A stretch of DNA of 59,391 nucleotides, filler included, from Sanchytrium tribonematis (lineage: Eukaryota): the NCBI GenBank assembly GCA_018985235.1. It is 5 parts of 5 records of this genome, joined end to end, with 100 filler letters (N's around TTAATTAATTAA, not from the genome) between each part and the next. Parts side by side here need not be neighbours in the genome. Positions count along the whole stretch, not along the records: positions 35,758 to 47,527 come from JADGIG010000247.1; positions 47,628 to 59,391 come from JADGIG010000248.1; 3 more parts are not named here. One strand, 5' to 3'. The notes below the pieces were generated by a model. It was given only the letters and a program-made list of their open reading frames with translations. It searched no databases and was not told the origin of the DNA. Positions 42,765 through 53,825 of the stretch are shown in pieces. How positions within the stretch are numbered: the stretch's first letter is position 1; each line of letters starts with the position of its first letter. The position numbers and the translations under genes were made by a program.

Positions 42765-45614
42765 TTACCTGTTTCCTATAAAAAAGGCTTGATCGCCCAT
42801 TCTTAATTTAACAACAGGTAGTGGAGCTGTATAAATGTAGGGCAATTGATTACCTCTGTCGGTGGTGGGAGGGCGATAAATTGCGACAGGTATTCTTCTA
42901 AACATAGTTAACGAAGATCTCAAAAATTCAGCAAAAGACACTCCCCAAAATTCAGCAGGTATTTCTTCCAAAAACATGTATCCATTAGAAATCCCCATCT
43001 CTCTACCAATTTCTAAATCTTCTTGTAATCTAATTCCGCAAAGAGTTTGTACAAGATCGAATGCGTGGGATCCTTTGTAAGAATGAAATATTATATTGTC
43101 CAACATATTATCTATCATAACTCCGCCTGCAGCAAAAACTGGATCATATGCTACTTCTTCAATACTAGTATAGGGAACTTCTTCTTTTTTGCCTTTCCTT
43201 AGTCGCGAGTGCTTTAAAACATTGGCTTGTTTAAGGGAATCAGAGCTCAAATGTCGCACATTGCGCCTCTCGTGTAACTCTACCAAAACAGGTTTTTCTT
43301 TTACACATCTTTCTTGCCATAGTATTGTTATGGAATGCTTTATCATCAAACTTGGTGCATCGTCAAAATCTCTGACGTAATGCTCGGACTTTTCGGTTTG
43401 ACTAAATATTATGACTCTTGAACAAGTCAAAGCCCCTGCTCGCTCAAGGTCTTTCATTTTTCGAGGATTCCCAACTACAAAAAACATTCTTGGAAATGAT
43501 TGAAGGTAAAGATATTCTTCTTCAGTTGGCAACCTCGGACTAAAAATGACGACATCGAAAATTTCTGATTTTTGGAGGATTGCACTCCGTAGAACAACCA
43601 TGCATATTCCTAAGTCGTGGTTTCGAGGTATAATTAAAATGTGATTTTTCAACTCCAAAGCATTATCCAGAATTCTTTGCTCCATTGGCAAAGGTTCTTT
43701 CAAAAGATGGCAAATTGCCCTCTTTGAGGCTACAGAAGGCTTAAGAGGTACCGCGTGCGTATACGAATCGTTAATAACGGGAAACTCAAATAGAATACTT
43801 TCTTTAAATGAGTCGTCTTTCCCCAAGACCATGCTAGGTTCTTTATAGTGATTGCAAAAAAATTCGAAGTCCATATTTTCAACTTCCTCGACATCATGAA
43901 GATTTTGTGCTATTATTATAAATTCATCTTCAACTTTTGGCCTGTAGTCATAAGGATTTAAAAAGATATAAAATTTCTGGTGTTTGGGAGACCAAATGCG
44001 GATCCCGATTAAGATAACTTGAAAATGCTCATAGATAAATGGTGCCAAATTGCAAAATAAGAACCCTTTCAAGTGATCCGCGATGCCGCAGGTAAACATT
44101 TCATTGCAGCAACCATCATTGTATTCCATAATCCATTTTCGGCTCACCTTGGCATGTGGATTAAAAGAGTTCATCAAATTTGTTACAAAAGTAGAGGCAC
44201 CGGGATTCAGTGATGAAAATGCTAGTAAAACTGTCTTGACTATTGCCGTACAAATGACCACATCTGCTTTTCTTTGAAAATGTAAAGACTGAGGAGTCCT
44301 TGAGATAGAAAACAATTTCGTATTTGGAGCAAATCTTTTAAAGCTCCAAATTCTGAGACAGTTATGCTCATCTTCCATTTCGCCTGACATTTCGTCTCTG
44401 TCACACAAAATAAATGCCGCATCTGCAAATTGAACTTTAGCTCGTAGCAAATCTTGTTCATTTAAAGCACTTCCTTTTAAATAATATATTCGATGAACAA
44501 ATGAAGGTAGAGATATTAAAGCAGATATATCATCGCTTACTTTTTCAGGTCCTACCATTACAATTTTTACGTTTTCCAATTCTGGATCGCTTTGGAAAAA
44601 ATCAATAATATCCACAATTTTTCCAAAATTACGGAAAGAACCAAATATCACAATAAATCGACTTTCTTTATCTTCAAATGTGCCACCCCCTTGTCTTTGT
44701 CGTCTAATTGTTTCCACAACTCGTCCAATTAGTTGCGGGAGCACTGCAATGGTGACTAGTATAAATAAAATAATAATGAATCTACCAGCATTACTTTCTG
44801 GTGTTATGTCACCATAACCCACAGTGGCACCAGTCACTATCATCAAATAAAGAGATGGAAAAAATCTCCACCTGTGTTGAGTCGCGCTAGTTACTGCTTC
44901 TGCATATTCAAAAGAGCACAAGCCCACATATAAAATTACTAAAATGGCACATACCAAAGTCACTAGTCTCTCACTTAGACCTGTGGTTGGTACAGTGGCC
45001 ACGCTGAATTTTGAATTTTTCTTCAGTTCCAATTGAATAAACATCAATCTCCTAATTCTTTTAATTACTATTAAAGATCTCAAAAAGTACGGCACAAACA
45101 AATAATTTCCGTTAGGGATGCCTAAGCTTATTATAAATGGCATACAGGTTAAAGCATCCACTAAAGTTTGCCAAGACAAAATTTCCTTTGGAGTGTCTAA
45201 AGCAGAAATACATCTTGAAAAAAATGAAAATAAATTAAAAAAGCTTAGGATAATACACAAATCATAGACCCAAAGTGGTCTCAATACATATAGCCCAATA
45301 GGTAAAATATTGGCTGCAATTGGACTGGTTTCCATCTCTACAACATATAGTAATAAAAACGGGAGATCGACGCAAACATCCAATATAATAAACAGAATAA
45401 TTCCAGGGCCAAAAAATATGTAATTAAATAAGTCGACTAAATTCAACGCTTTAAGAATAGCTTTCCATCTTTTTTCTTCCTCTTTTAGTTTTAGATTCTG
45501 CCGTATATGATGGTAGGTTTTGATATTTTGATGTTGATCATTTGGAATATCTGCCATGACATCTGCATCTATCAATGAAAGCTGAGATTCTTGTAAAATA
45601 TTGGCAAAACTCAT
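42765..45614 (-). CDS. Slo-family (BK/KCNT-like) potassium channel with two RCK domains
   Basis: TM segments, filter TVGYGDITP, RCK motifs YLKGSALNEQDLLRA and FFVVGNPRKMKDLERAG, PVFAAG. Confidence 0.9.
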   Translation of the reverse strand: MSFANILQESQLSLIDADVMADIPNDQHQNIKTYHHIRQNLKLKEEEKRWKAILKALNLVDLFNYIFFGPGIILFIILDVCVDLPFLLLYVVEMETSPIAANILPIGLYVLRPLWVYDLCIILSFFNLFSFFSRCISALDTPKEILSWQTLVDALTCMPFIISLGIPNGNYLFVPYFLRSLIVIKRIRRLMFIQLELKKNSKFSVATVPTTGLSERLVTLVCAILVILYVGLCSFEYAEAVTSATQHRWRFFPSLYLMIVTGATVGYGDITPESNAGRFIIILFILVTIAVLPQLIGRVVETIRRQRQGGGTFEDKESRFIVIFGSFRNFGKIVDIIDFFQSDPELENVKIVMVGPEKVSDDISALISLPSFVHRIYYLKGSALNEQDLLRAKVQFADAAFILCDRDEMSGEMEDEHNCLRIWSFKRFAPNTKLFSISRTPQSLHFQRKADVVICTAIVKTVLLAFSSLNPGASTFVTNLMNSFNPHAKVSRKWIMEYNDGCCNEMFTCGIADHLKGFLFCNLAPFIYEHFQVILIGIRIWSPKHQKFYIFLNPYDYRPKVEDEFIIIAQNLHDVEEVENMDFEFFCNHYKEPSMVLGKDDSFKESILFEFPVINDSYTHAVPLKPSVASKRAICHLLKEPLPMEQRILDNALELKNHILIIPRNHDLGICMVVLRSAILQKSEIFDVVIFSPRLPTEEEYLYLQSFPRMFFVVGNPRKMKDLERAGALTCSRVIIFSQTEKSEHYVRDFDDAPSLMIKHSITILWQERCVKEKPVLVELHERRNVRHLSSDSLKQANVLKHSRLRKGKKEEVPYTSIEEVAYDPVFAAGGVMIDNMLDNIIFHSYKGSHAFDLVQTLCGIRLQEDLEIGREMGISNGYMFLEEIPAEFWGVSFAEFLRSSLTMFRRIPVAIYRPPTTDRGNQLPYIYTAPLPVVKLRMGDQAFFIGNR

Positions 45615-45685
45615 GAATTTGTATAATTGTTTTAGGGAGGAATTTCAGGAGAATATTACTGCAAATCAGATTAAAATTCTTTGGT

Positions 45686-47446
45686 CTAATTTATTTGTAA
45701 ATGTGGAATATATATAGGGAAAGATTCGCATGTCCTAAATTTCCTCGTGTCGGTAGTCAAACTGACTTTAGAATAGTCTATTTCTTTTTCGATTTGAAAA
45801 CTAGCATTTATGCCATCCTCCATATATTTAAGAAGCAAATAATTTCTTCTTGGCATAAGATATTTAAAAGGAGGCAGCCTACTTTTATCTGTCTCTGTTA
45901 AAACACCATCTTTGTCTATAGACACTTTGGAAACATCCTGGGTAAAGCATTTAACCATGGCTTCCACATATGTGCTTTTTTTCTTATGGTTTCTCGCCAA
46001 ATGGAGTGGAATCATTGCTATCTTTGGAGGGGGCTCATTCGTTATGGCGGAGCTTATTATCTGAGTGACAAAACTTGGGTCTCTTTTTGGTGAAACTTTG
46101 TATTTTTTATGTCTTAAAAATTTAGGATCGCATTCAGAATGATTAAATGTGACATCGTCTGTCTTGGTATATATTTCACCTACACCACAACAATGTGAGT
46201 CTCCACTTAATAGGGTGACTCGAACTGAGCTTTTTTTTGCATAATTCAATATATAGGAAATAAATAAATCTTTTTCCGCTTCATGAGTTTTGGTATTCCA
46301 ATGATCAATAATATCATTGAGTAATTCTGGCTCGCCAAATGGCTGTAGTAAAGAGTCAAATGAAAAGTTGACAAATTTGTTAATGTTAGCTACTAAGTTT
46401 AAAGTATTTTCCTCCCATTTTAAAGAAGGAAATATTAAAGGCACCCCGATTACAATTATCAAATGTTTAAGAGTATTGGGGTATAGTTCCAGCTGATTAA
46501 ATACATTTCGGTAAACATTTGCTGGTATAATTTGTTCTAAATTTCTGTTAGTTCTTGTGTCCAAAGTCAGGATCGCTAAATTTGGACCAAGCAAACTAGT
46601 GAAGGCGGAGTCGTATAGAAATCTACCGTCTCCCTTCAAAGAATGGTGTTGAAATAAGTAGTAAAAGGTTTCTGCAGCTTTAAATAATGCTTGAAAAACA
46701 GAACAATTTTGCAGATCTGATGGATACGATCCATATCCATTAAATATGTCGTGGTCATCCCATGCATTGAGGCTCGGTATCGTACTGAATATGTTTCTGA
46801 TCCCATCTCTCATAAAATGTTGGCAATAATGTTGAAAATAAAAATTACAAATCTCTTCCGAGATTTCTTCATCTACAACAAATTCAATTCTTTCCTTTCT
46901 GCTTTTTAAATGGCGCCAAATCGATAGGCTAGGTATGTCAAAAACAGCATCATTATACAATTGGTCACCGCCTCCAACCAACAAGTGTAGATGTTCGCTT
47001 TCAGATTGCTTCAAAAGATCAAACCATAGATTACAATAACCACCGTATTTCAAAGAATCTACTCCTTGAGAAAGTCCAGCACATGAGTAGTATGCGAGTT
47101 TGAAATTCTCGTTTTCTGCCGGTAATACAAATGAATATTCTCTGATATTTTCATCTAAATTTATGCAATACTTTATTCTTTGATGTTGCGCTTCCAAAGG
47201 AAAGTGTAAAATGCAGCGATTAAAATTGTAGTCGTGAAATGTATAGAGTATGGTAAAGGATCTTTCAGAATTTTCGACCATTATTTTCACTCTTTGCTTG
47301 CAAATGACCAAAATACTTACAGAATATACTTTATCTTTGAGCCCTTGAAATACCAAAAAAGGTCCAACCAAAGATTGAAAGTTGGGAGTCTTGGATAATT
47401 CTATCGGATTAGGATCCAAAAAGGTATTTCCAAAAATATGATCCAT
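45686..47446 (-). CDS. PhoD-like metallophosphatase (fungal PhoD_2 type)
   Basis: YSCAGLS, GGGDQLYND, WDDHDIFNGYGSY, DTRT, DIIDHW, LSGDSH, QIISSAI. First ATG at 47446. Confidence 0.88.
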   Translation of the reverse strand: MDHIFGNTFLDPNPIELSKTPNFQSLVGPFLVFQGLKDKVYSVSILVICKQRVKIMVENSERSFTILYTFHDYNFNRCILHFPLEAQHQRIKYCINLDENIREYSFVLPAENENFKLAYYSCAGLSQGVDSLKYGGYCNLWFDLLKQSESEHLHLLVGGGDQLYNDAVFDIPSLSIWRHLKSRKERIEFVVDEEISEEICNFYFQHYCQHFMRDGIRNIFSTIPSLNAWDDHDIFNGYGSYPSDLQNCSVFQALFKAAETFYYLFQHHSLKGDGRFLYDSAFTSLLGPNLAILTLDTRTNRNLEQIIPANVYRNVFNQLELYPNTLKHLIIVIGVPLIFPSLKWEENTLNLVANINKFVNFSFDSLLQPFGEPELLNDIIDHWNTKTHEAEKDLFISYILNYAKKSSVRVTLLSGDSHCCGVGEIYTKTDDVTFNHSECDPKFLRHKKYKVSPKRDPSFVTQIISSAITNEPPPKIAMIPLHLARNHKKKSTYVEAMVKCFTQDVSKVSIDKDGVLTETDKSRLPPFKYLMPRRNYLLLKYMEDGINASFQIEKEIDYSKVSLTTDTRKFRTCESFPIYIPHLQIN

Positions 47447-47527
47447 TTTGTTTTTCACCTTTGTTTTAAATTATTGCAAAATCAAATTTACTAATCCTTT
47501 TAATCAATAATCTCCCAAATTATCCAG

Positions 47528-47627
47528 NNNNNNNNNNNNNNNNNNNNNNNNNNNNNNNNNNNNNNNNNNNNTTAATTAATTAANNNNNNNNNNNNNNNNN
47601 NNNNNNNNNNNNNNNNNNNNNNNNNNN
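47528..47627. other. Artificial contig-joining spacer
   Basis: 44 N + TTAATTAATTAA + 44 N. Confidence 0.97.
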
Positions 47628-48401
47628 CTGTAGAAACAAGCACTGATCAGGTGGCAGAATATCAAAACTCCATATCTTATTTAACTAGCTATCACGGCAA
47701 TTCAGACATTTTGTCACCTTATGCGCAAGCACAATATGATCAGGAGTACCGCTGCTATCATCAATGCTCTATAATAGTACAAACAGATATCATTTGGGGA
47801 GAAAATCAAAAAATAGGTGAATTGTCTAAAATTCACTACAAAACACCAATTAAAACACACATGGAGCAGTATTGTAAGCTACATGGCATTGAATATAACA
47901 CTAAATGGGTGCAGGATGCAATCAAGCGAAGTAAGCACCATGAAGAGTACCACAAGGTTGAACTATTTGTCAATGGACACCTGAAATGCGACTGCTTGCA
48001 TTCAAATGTTTGGATGTTGCCATGTAAGCATCAGATGGTGGTATATCATCAAGTGGTGTCAACAAAAGTTTTGGATCTAATCCCAAATCTTTGGTATGTC
48101 AGGTGTCAAAAAGAAGACCAGCCCATTCATTAACCATCCAGTTCCAATATTTGAAAGTGAAAATAAAGTGGAACAGCAAACGTACAAAGATGCGAGTAAG
48201 CATAGTGATTTTGACGAGGCAATGACTAAGCAATCGATCCAGAAATTTACCAGAAATCTGATGGAGCTCGCTGATCGCCACAAGTATGATTCTCTTTGGC
48301 TTGAGGATCAGTTTGGATTGTTTTTAGGGGAGTTGGAGCATGCTAAAGATTCCAACGTCAATCGTGACTCTCGTTGTTTGAAGGAGGAAATAAAAAAATA
48401 G
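47628..48401 (+). mobile_element. Mutator/MULE-type transposase C-terminal remnant with SWIM zinc finger
   Basis: CDCLHSNVWMLPCKH (CxC-x7-CxH SWIM) followed by LIPNLW; the frameshifted continuation is ORF 48096-48401. Confidence 0.55.
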
Positions 48402-48834
48402 AATTTAAATATTTTTTTTCACCCTCTCATACTGACATTTTCAGTCATTATTCTTCATTTGAGCGTAGAATAAATGGTTTTAAACATGTTCCAATTTGAA
48501 TGGAGTCTCTATGATTACTAAAAAGAATGTAAAACGAGATATTAGTTAAACTGAAATTTTGAATTTAGTTTCAAGCATGCTATTGCAATAGTCGAATTAA
48601 AGTGATCATTGTATTTGCAGTAGTAATGCGCTTTATTTATTGATTTGGAAACGCTAATTGCAGCTTTTTTGAGGGAGACACACCTAATATTTAAAATCAA
48701 TGCATAATTTGTATTGAGAATTACTCTTCTTGTGATGTTTATTAATGAATATTTTAATTTGGTAGACACATTTATTCCTTTACAACAAAATGCTTTTAAA
48801 TGGTACTAATATTGGATACAGAAGTTGATTTTTG

Positions 48835-48945
48835 TGCGAGTTGGTGAATAGATGGATTCTTTCAAATGTATTCAAGTGCAAGAAGATGACAAACACTAAC
48901 GATTGGCTCAATGTGTTACCAAATATCCCATAAACTATACATTTT
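48835..48945 (+). pseudogene. Possible rve integrase C-terminal relic
   Basis: ELVNRWILSNVFKCKKMTNTNDWLNVLPNI resembles ERFNRTLK...W..VLP..V.NYN. Short and degraded. Confidence 0.25.
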
Positions 48946-49689
48946 AAAGCGCGGTTTAAGATTAACAATTTGGCTTAATTAGATTTCTTTTATTCAAATT
49001 TTATCGACATTGATCGGTCATTTTGTTTTAGCAAATATTTATAACCCTCCCCTACATTTGTTACTCAATCTAATCAATTAAAATGAAGAAAATTTAATTC
49101 AAAATAAATATATTAGTGCACTATATCGTTTGGAAATTCAATTTCTGCTACAATTCTCAATTTTCCAAATTATGGCATAAAATCATGTATTTATATAAAA
49201 TAGACTATTATAATTTATTCTTTCAGCTATAGAGATTCTAAATATGTGTCTTAAGTATCAGTAATTGACTCACTTTGAGAGATATGAACTATTAAAGATA
49301 TTTTTGCAATATGGGTATTATTGGAATGCCTGAAATATGTTGGAGACAAATCAAGTATCACTAAATAAATAGTATGATTAATGTATTAGAAATAGTTGAT
49401 ATTAGAATGTTGGAGTTAAATCTTTGTCATGTGTTTGTCAATGTTGCAATAGAGGGGTAACGATAAGAAAAGATACTTCGTACTTCGTACTTTTTAAGCA
49501 ATCCCGTTTGTTAAAACGAGGAGGATTCGGTCACAATGACCTAAATTTAAAGAATTCCCTGCCGCAGTTCTGGATAGGCATTTCATACCACATTTCAGAA
49601 TTTCTTGTCTAAAAATGTAACTTATTAATCTTTGATATCATTATTGTTATTTGTTACATTCCATCTGGTAGTTCTAAGGATCGACATGG

Positions 49690-50629
49690 TTGTATTGACA
49701 TAGTTGTATTGAGAGAAAATCGAAACATGATTGGATAGTGATCAGAGCCAGTGATTTCATTTCTGAGTACATGTGAGCTTGTGCTTCGGTGACAAGTGCT
49801 AATATGACATTATATTTGTTCCAGTATATTTGAAGAAGATAACATGCTACTATCTATGGGATTATTGAGAATTTTATATGAATTATTTTCCATGAGATTT
49901 TGGAATTGTGAATCATCTTGATTGAAGCCATTTTTGACACTTTGAACTCGGAAATTAGTGTCACCTATAAATGTTGATTTCAAATCAATTGCTAGTCGAA
50001 ACTCTCTCTTCACTTGATCCAAAGACATATGAGTACGTGGTGGGATGTAGGTAAAACTGAGATAATCATTACTGATCTTAAATGTATGGCAAAATTTAGT
50101 GTCAGGAATGGTCATGGTTATATTTTCAATATCCACACGAATAAACAGAGCCTGTGGATCAACCTCAAGGGTAAATGGCAATGCAATTAATTTATATCCT
50201 TTTAAATAGATTGGTTTGAGTACTCTGTACTCAGTGATATGAATAACGTCTGGAAAGTGTCTAACTACAATGTTTCTCAATCCAGTATTTGATGCGGAGC
50301 CACGTCCTCCACGTGATTTATAACTGATGATTTGCAAATCATGATGGAGAGATCAATGTTTGAATGTAATGATTGTCCACCTGACAATGCAACTTAAATA
50401 TCCAGTGTGCTGGTGTATTCATCAAAAAACACATCGGGTTTCAAGGTAATCCTGTGATTTGAGTAAGACAGGGATAATCAAACCTACGCTCCTTTAAAAG
50501 CATTATGACCTGTCGGAGGGTGACAATTTTAGGTGTGTGCAACATGATTGTCTTTGAGTTGATATCTTTGATTTGAATCAATCTAGTGTTGATTGGATCA
50601 AATTTTAATGACTCAGAATTTGCATCCAA
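49690..50629 (-). mobile_element. Decayed non-LTR retrotransposon: APE endonuclease plus upstream ORF1 fragment
   Basis: IISYKSRG...PDVIHITE, YIPP, FIGDTN in ORF 49810-50337; GSDHYPIMF in another frame near 49740. Confidence 0.7.
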
Positions 50630-51057
50630 TTGTCTTTTAGGAGCAGGTGACTTTTTAATGCAACAATTTATTAATAAATCACTTTGCTTCTGTCTGGCCA
50701 GATGTCTCTCGACTCCTAAATGAGCAATTAGATACTGTCACAATGACCATTGAAGATGGCTTATCGATCCGGTATAGCTACCATCGATGATCAATGAGTT
50801 TACAGCATCGGGGTGGCTTATTAAAGGCCAATTAAATGTTTCGGATTCCCTATAAAGGGACACGGTCCCCTCAATAAATACATTCTCTCTAGCGTGCGTG
50901 CGACAGATACATTGAAATCTTACTTTTCACGGTACAATCTATGGTTTGACTGTCCTTGATATTCCTCTTCGATATCCAGCCCACATCTCAAACACCCGGA
51001 GATTTTGACTTTCTTCCATGACATCTGTGCCAAACATCAAATAATAAGTAAGATTGT

Positions 51058-52870
51058 TTATTGATAGTTGATGCTATCTTGCGGATGATGTGTATACTTA
51101 ACATAGTGGTTATTTGTGTGATATTCGTAAAAACACGGTTTAGTAACGTGCAATGGCTTTCTACACATCTCAGAAGCCGATGAATAGTAGCTATAAATGC
51201 CGTGCAGTAAACAATACTCACAATGTTCTCGTTTTTCAATTGGGATTGTTAAATGACAAGCTCCCTCCTTCAAAAATCAATCTCCAGGCACTGACGAAGT
51301 AACTGCGTTATTTGATGACGTTTCTTGACCTTCTTTCGATGTCGTTTAACATATGTATTCCCATTAATTAATTTCTCAGCCACTTTTAACTTGAAGTCTT
51401 TAAATGACATTTGTTTGCCAGATATGTCACAATGTAGTTTGTTATATATGACATGTGCATTAGCCATAACTGAATCTAAACAAAAGAAAAACATACAAGG
51501 CCACCATCTCATTGTTTTAATTTTACAACTTGCCAAAGAAACTTTCACATCAAACAAGTCGCTAACCCCCCCCCCATATTGTGGGAGTAGCTGACTGCTA
51601 TTTTATGCATTGATACAGTAAATCTACTCTTTACTAGCACTAATTAAGATGCAGCTGGGTTGTTTGCGGAGAATCTTCGTAATACATTTACTGTTTCTCT
51701 TCTATTATTTCTTAATTTTGGATTTGATGTTAAGAAATAAATATCTTTAGAGGTAATCACATTCATCTTCAATAGTGTAGCATGTGCAGAGTCGCAATTT
51801 ACATACACATCTCCCTGTTCTTCATTGATAAGCTGCATGACATTTGGTCAATTCTGTCACGTCTAATTGTACCACAAACAAAAACACCAATTAAATGCAG
51901 CCCATCTAGCAGTTCCTGACTTGTAAACCATTTTTTCGTGAATATAGTTATTCCTTCTATTAATAACAATACTCATCACGGCACAATCTCACTGCAGCTG
52001 CTGTTTTACCAATTGGATCTAATGGATTACTTTTATCATCAATGTACCAGGCGTAACAATACCCTGTACGGGGATCCCCACCCCTTAGGATGGGGTTTTG
52101 ATTTTATAGTAAATAATAAACTATGCCTTCCTTTGTACCGAATCATTGACTCATCTAAAACTTACTGCAGAATCATCACAACATATTTGCCAAACGACTT
52201 GGCTAAATCTAAAACAGGACGTGCCTTATAAGACTTATCTAATCCTGGATTACTAGAATAATCTACCAAATGGAAATTGCGTAAAAGGAATAAGAAGTCA
52301 TTTTTGCTAAATGTGCTAGATACTAAAGGGTCTTTACCTGGGAACTCATCACACCATAACTAAGAATTTGGGGTTTGTTTCCTAATACCCATGGTTAAAA
52401 AAATTCCAACAAATGCGCGTATCATCTCACTATCAACATCAGGAACCCCATTTAATAGTGTCTTTTGACCACTTTGCCTTCACAGTGGCTTGTTGTAATA
52501 TAAAATTTGATGTTTGTGATGCCAAATTATTTCAAAATAAATCAGGTATTAATACATTTACAATATCAATAAGGCTGACAGTGGTCTAAATCAATACCAT
52601 CCACAGCCAATTTAGCGTAGTTCAGCTCCATTACATCGTCTAGATCTCTTGTATCCTGTAGCTCTAAAGCGTTGAATTCCGATTCATTTATTGGCGAGTC
52701 CTCAATATTTAAATCACTTTTTGAGTCTTCCGCTCATCATATTCTACTGTTCTGTCTGAGGGACAATCTGAGTAGTTTGCGTCTTCTTCAATCTCAAATT
52801 CAGTCACGGTATCACCTTCGGAACAGCTTGCAATCGTCAAATCAGCAGCATTCTCGATTTTCCATCTTAT
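51058..52870 (-). mobile_element. Decayed piggyBac (PGBD-type DDD) transposase
   Basis: Fragments in order: acidic N-terminus (~52700-52870), DESMIRYKGRHS..KPHPKG (~52085-52155), KWFTSQELL..GVFVCGTIRRDR (~51850-51940), GGVSDLFD..KTMRWWPCMFFFCLDSVMANAHVIY (51270-51575), Cys-rich tail HCEYC..CRKPLH..CFYEYH. Many stops and frameshifts; TIRs not found. Confidence 0.8.
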
Positions 52871-53825
52871 TTTAATATTTTTTACCCTTTGTTTTACTTG
52901 GCATAAATGTCTTAATTGTGGCAATGTTGGACACAAATTCAAATCTAATGGGAAAGTAATTCCCATCCCCGCGATCATCGTAAATAATGATATTCAACGA
53001 AAAGATGACTGGATTCTCCAACACACACACTTGAGATTCTACAACACAGAGATCTTCTTCATTACATACTTCCATGGCATTTGTGTGGGAAGAAATGTTC
53101 AATTGCACTGCTTTTTTGATCAATTCCAGTTGCGATTTATATTTCACTGTATCCAAATCTCTTGTGTGCTTTATCATCATAAAATTCAAACAGTAGTGTC
53201 TAATGTAATCATAATGACCAGACCCAGCAAGTCTAGCAACGGGAGAAGATTTACCATCTTTAAATAAATCTACGGGTAAATTGCGATTAAGCTTGCTGTG
53301 AGCAAACAACTAAGGTCCATCTGAATCCAATAAATTTTGACTTAGTTTGTCCACATTTATCATTTTCAACTGATTGTGTTCTTCCAATCATATTCTGTCC
53401 TAGAATCTTTTGAGCTGTTGATGTCAAAGTGTCAATATCTGAGTTCTTTTTCACAATTTCGGTTCTTTTCTTTTTCATTAAGGAAGATTTGCCCTCTTCA
53501 GTCAATTGAGGAATTTATTGTTCAAGAACCTTATGATCATATGCTCAGCTATCTAGATTTACAATTGATGCCTCCCGACCAATTTGCAACTGATGTTCCA
53601 TTACGTCGATGGTCCACTCATTTATTACATAACGCCAATAATCAATTCAAGTCCAACAAATCCGCGTAATACTACATGGACACAGTCTATTTCGTAATCA
53701 ATTTATTAGTGATAATCAAAACATAGATAATTATTGTAACAATATTACTCAAACACTGGATAATCTTTTTGATCTCTTTCTCAAATCCAAGATTCCCTTT
53801 GTTTATACTCGATTAAATACTACAA

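Noticed and set aside
50800..53505. piggyBac TIRs/TTAA ends and ORFs 52872-53309 and 53287-53505 as genes
   Set aside because: No matching terminal repeats could be found, and the ORFs are fragmentary, lack motifs and sit among TE debris.
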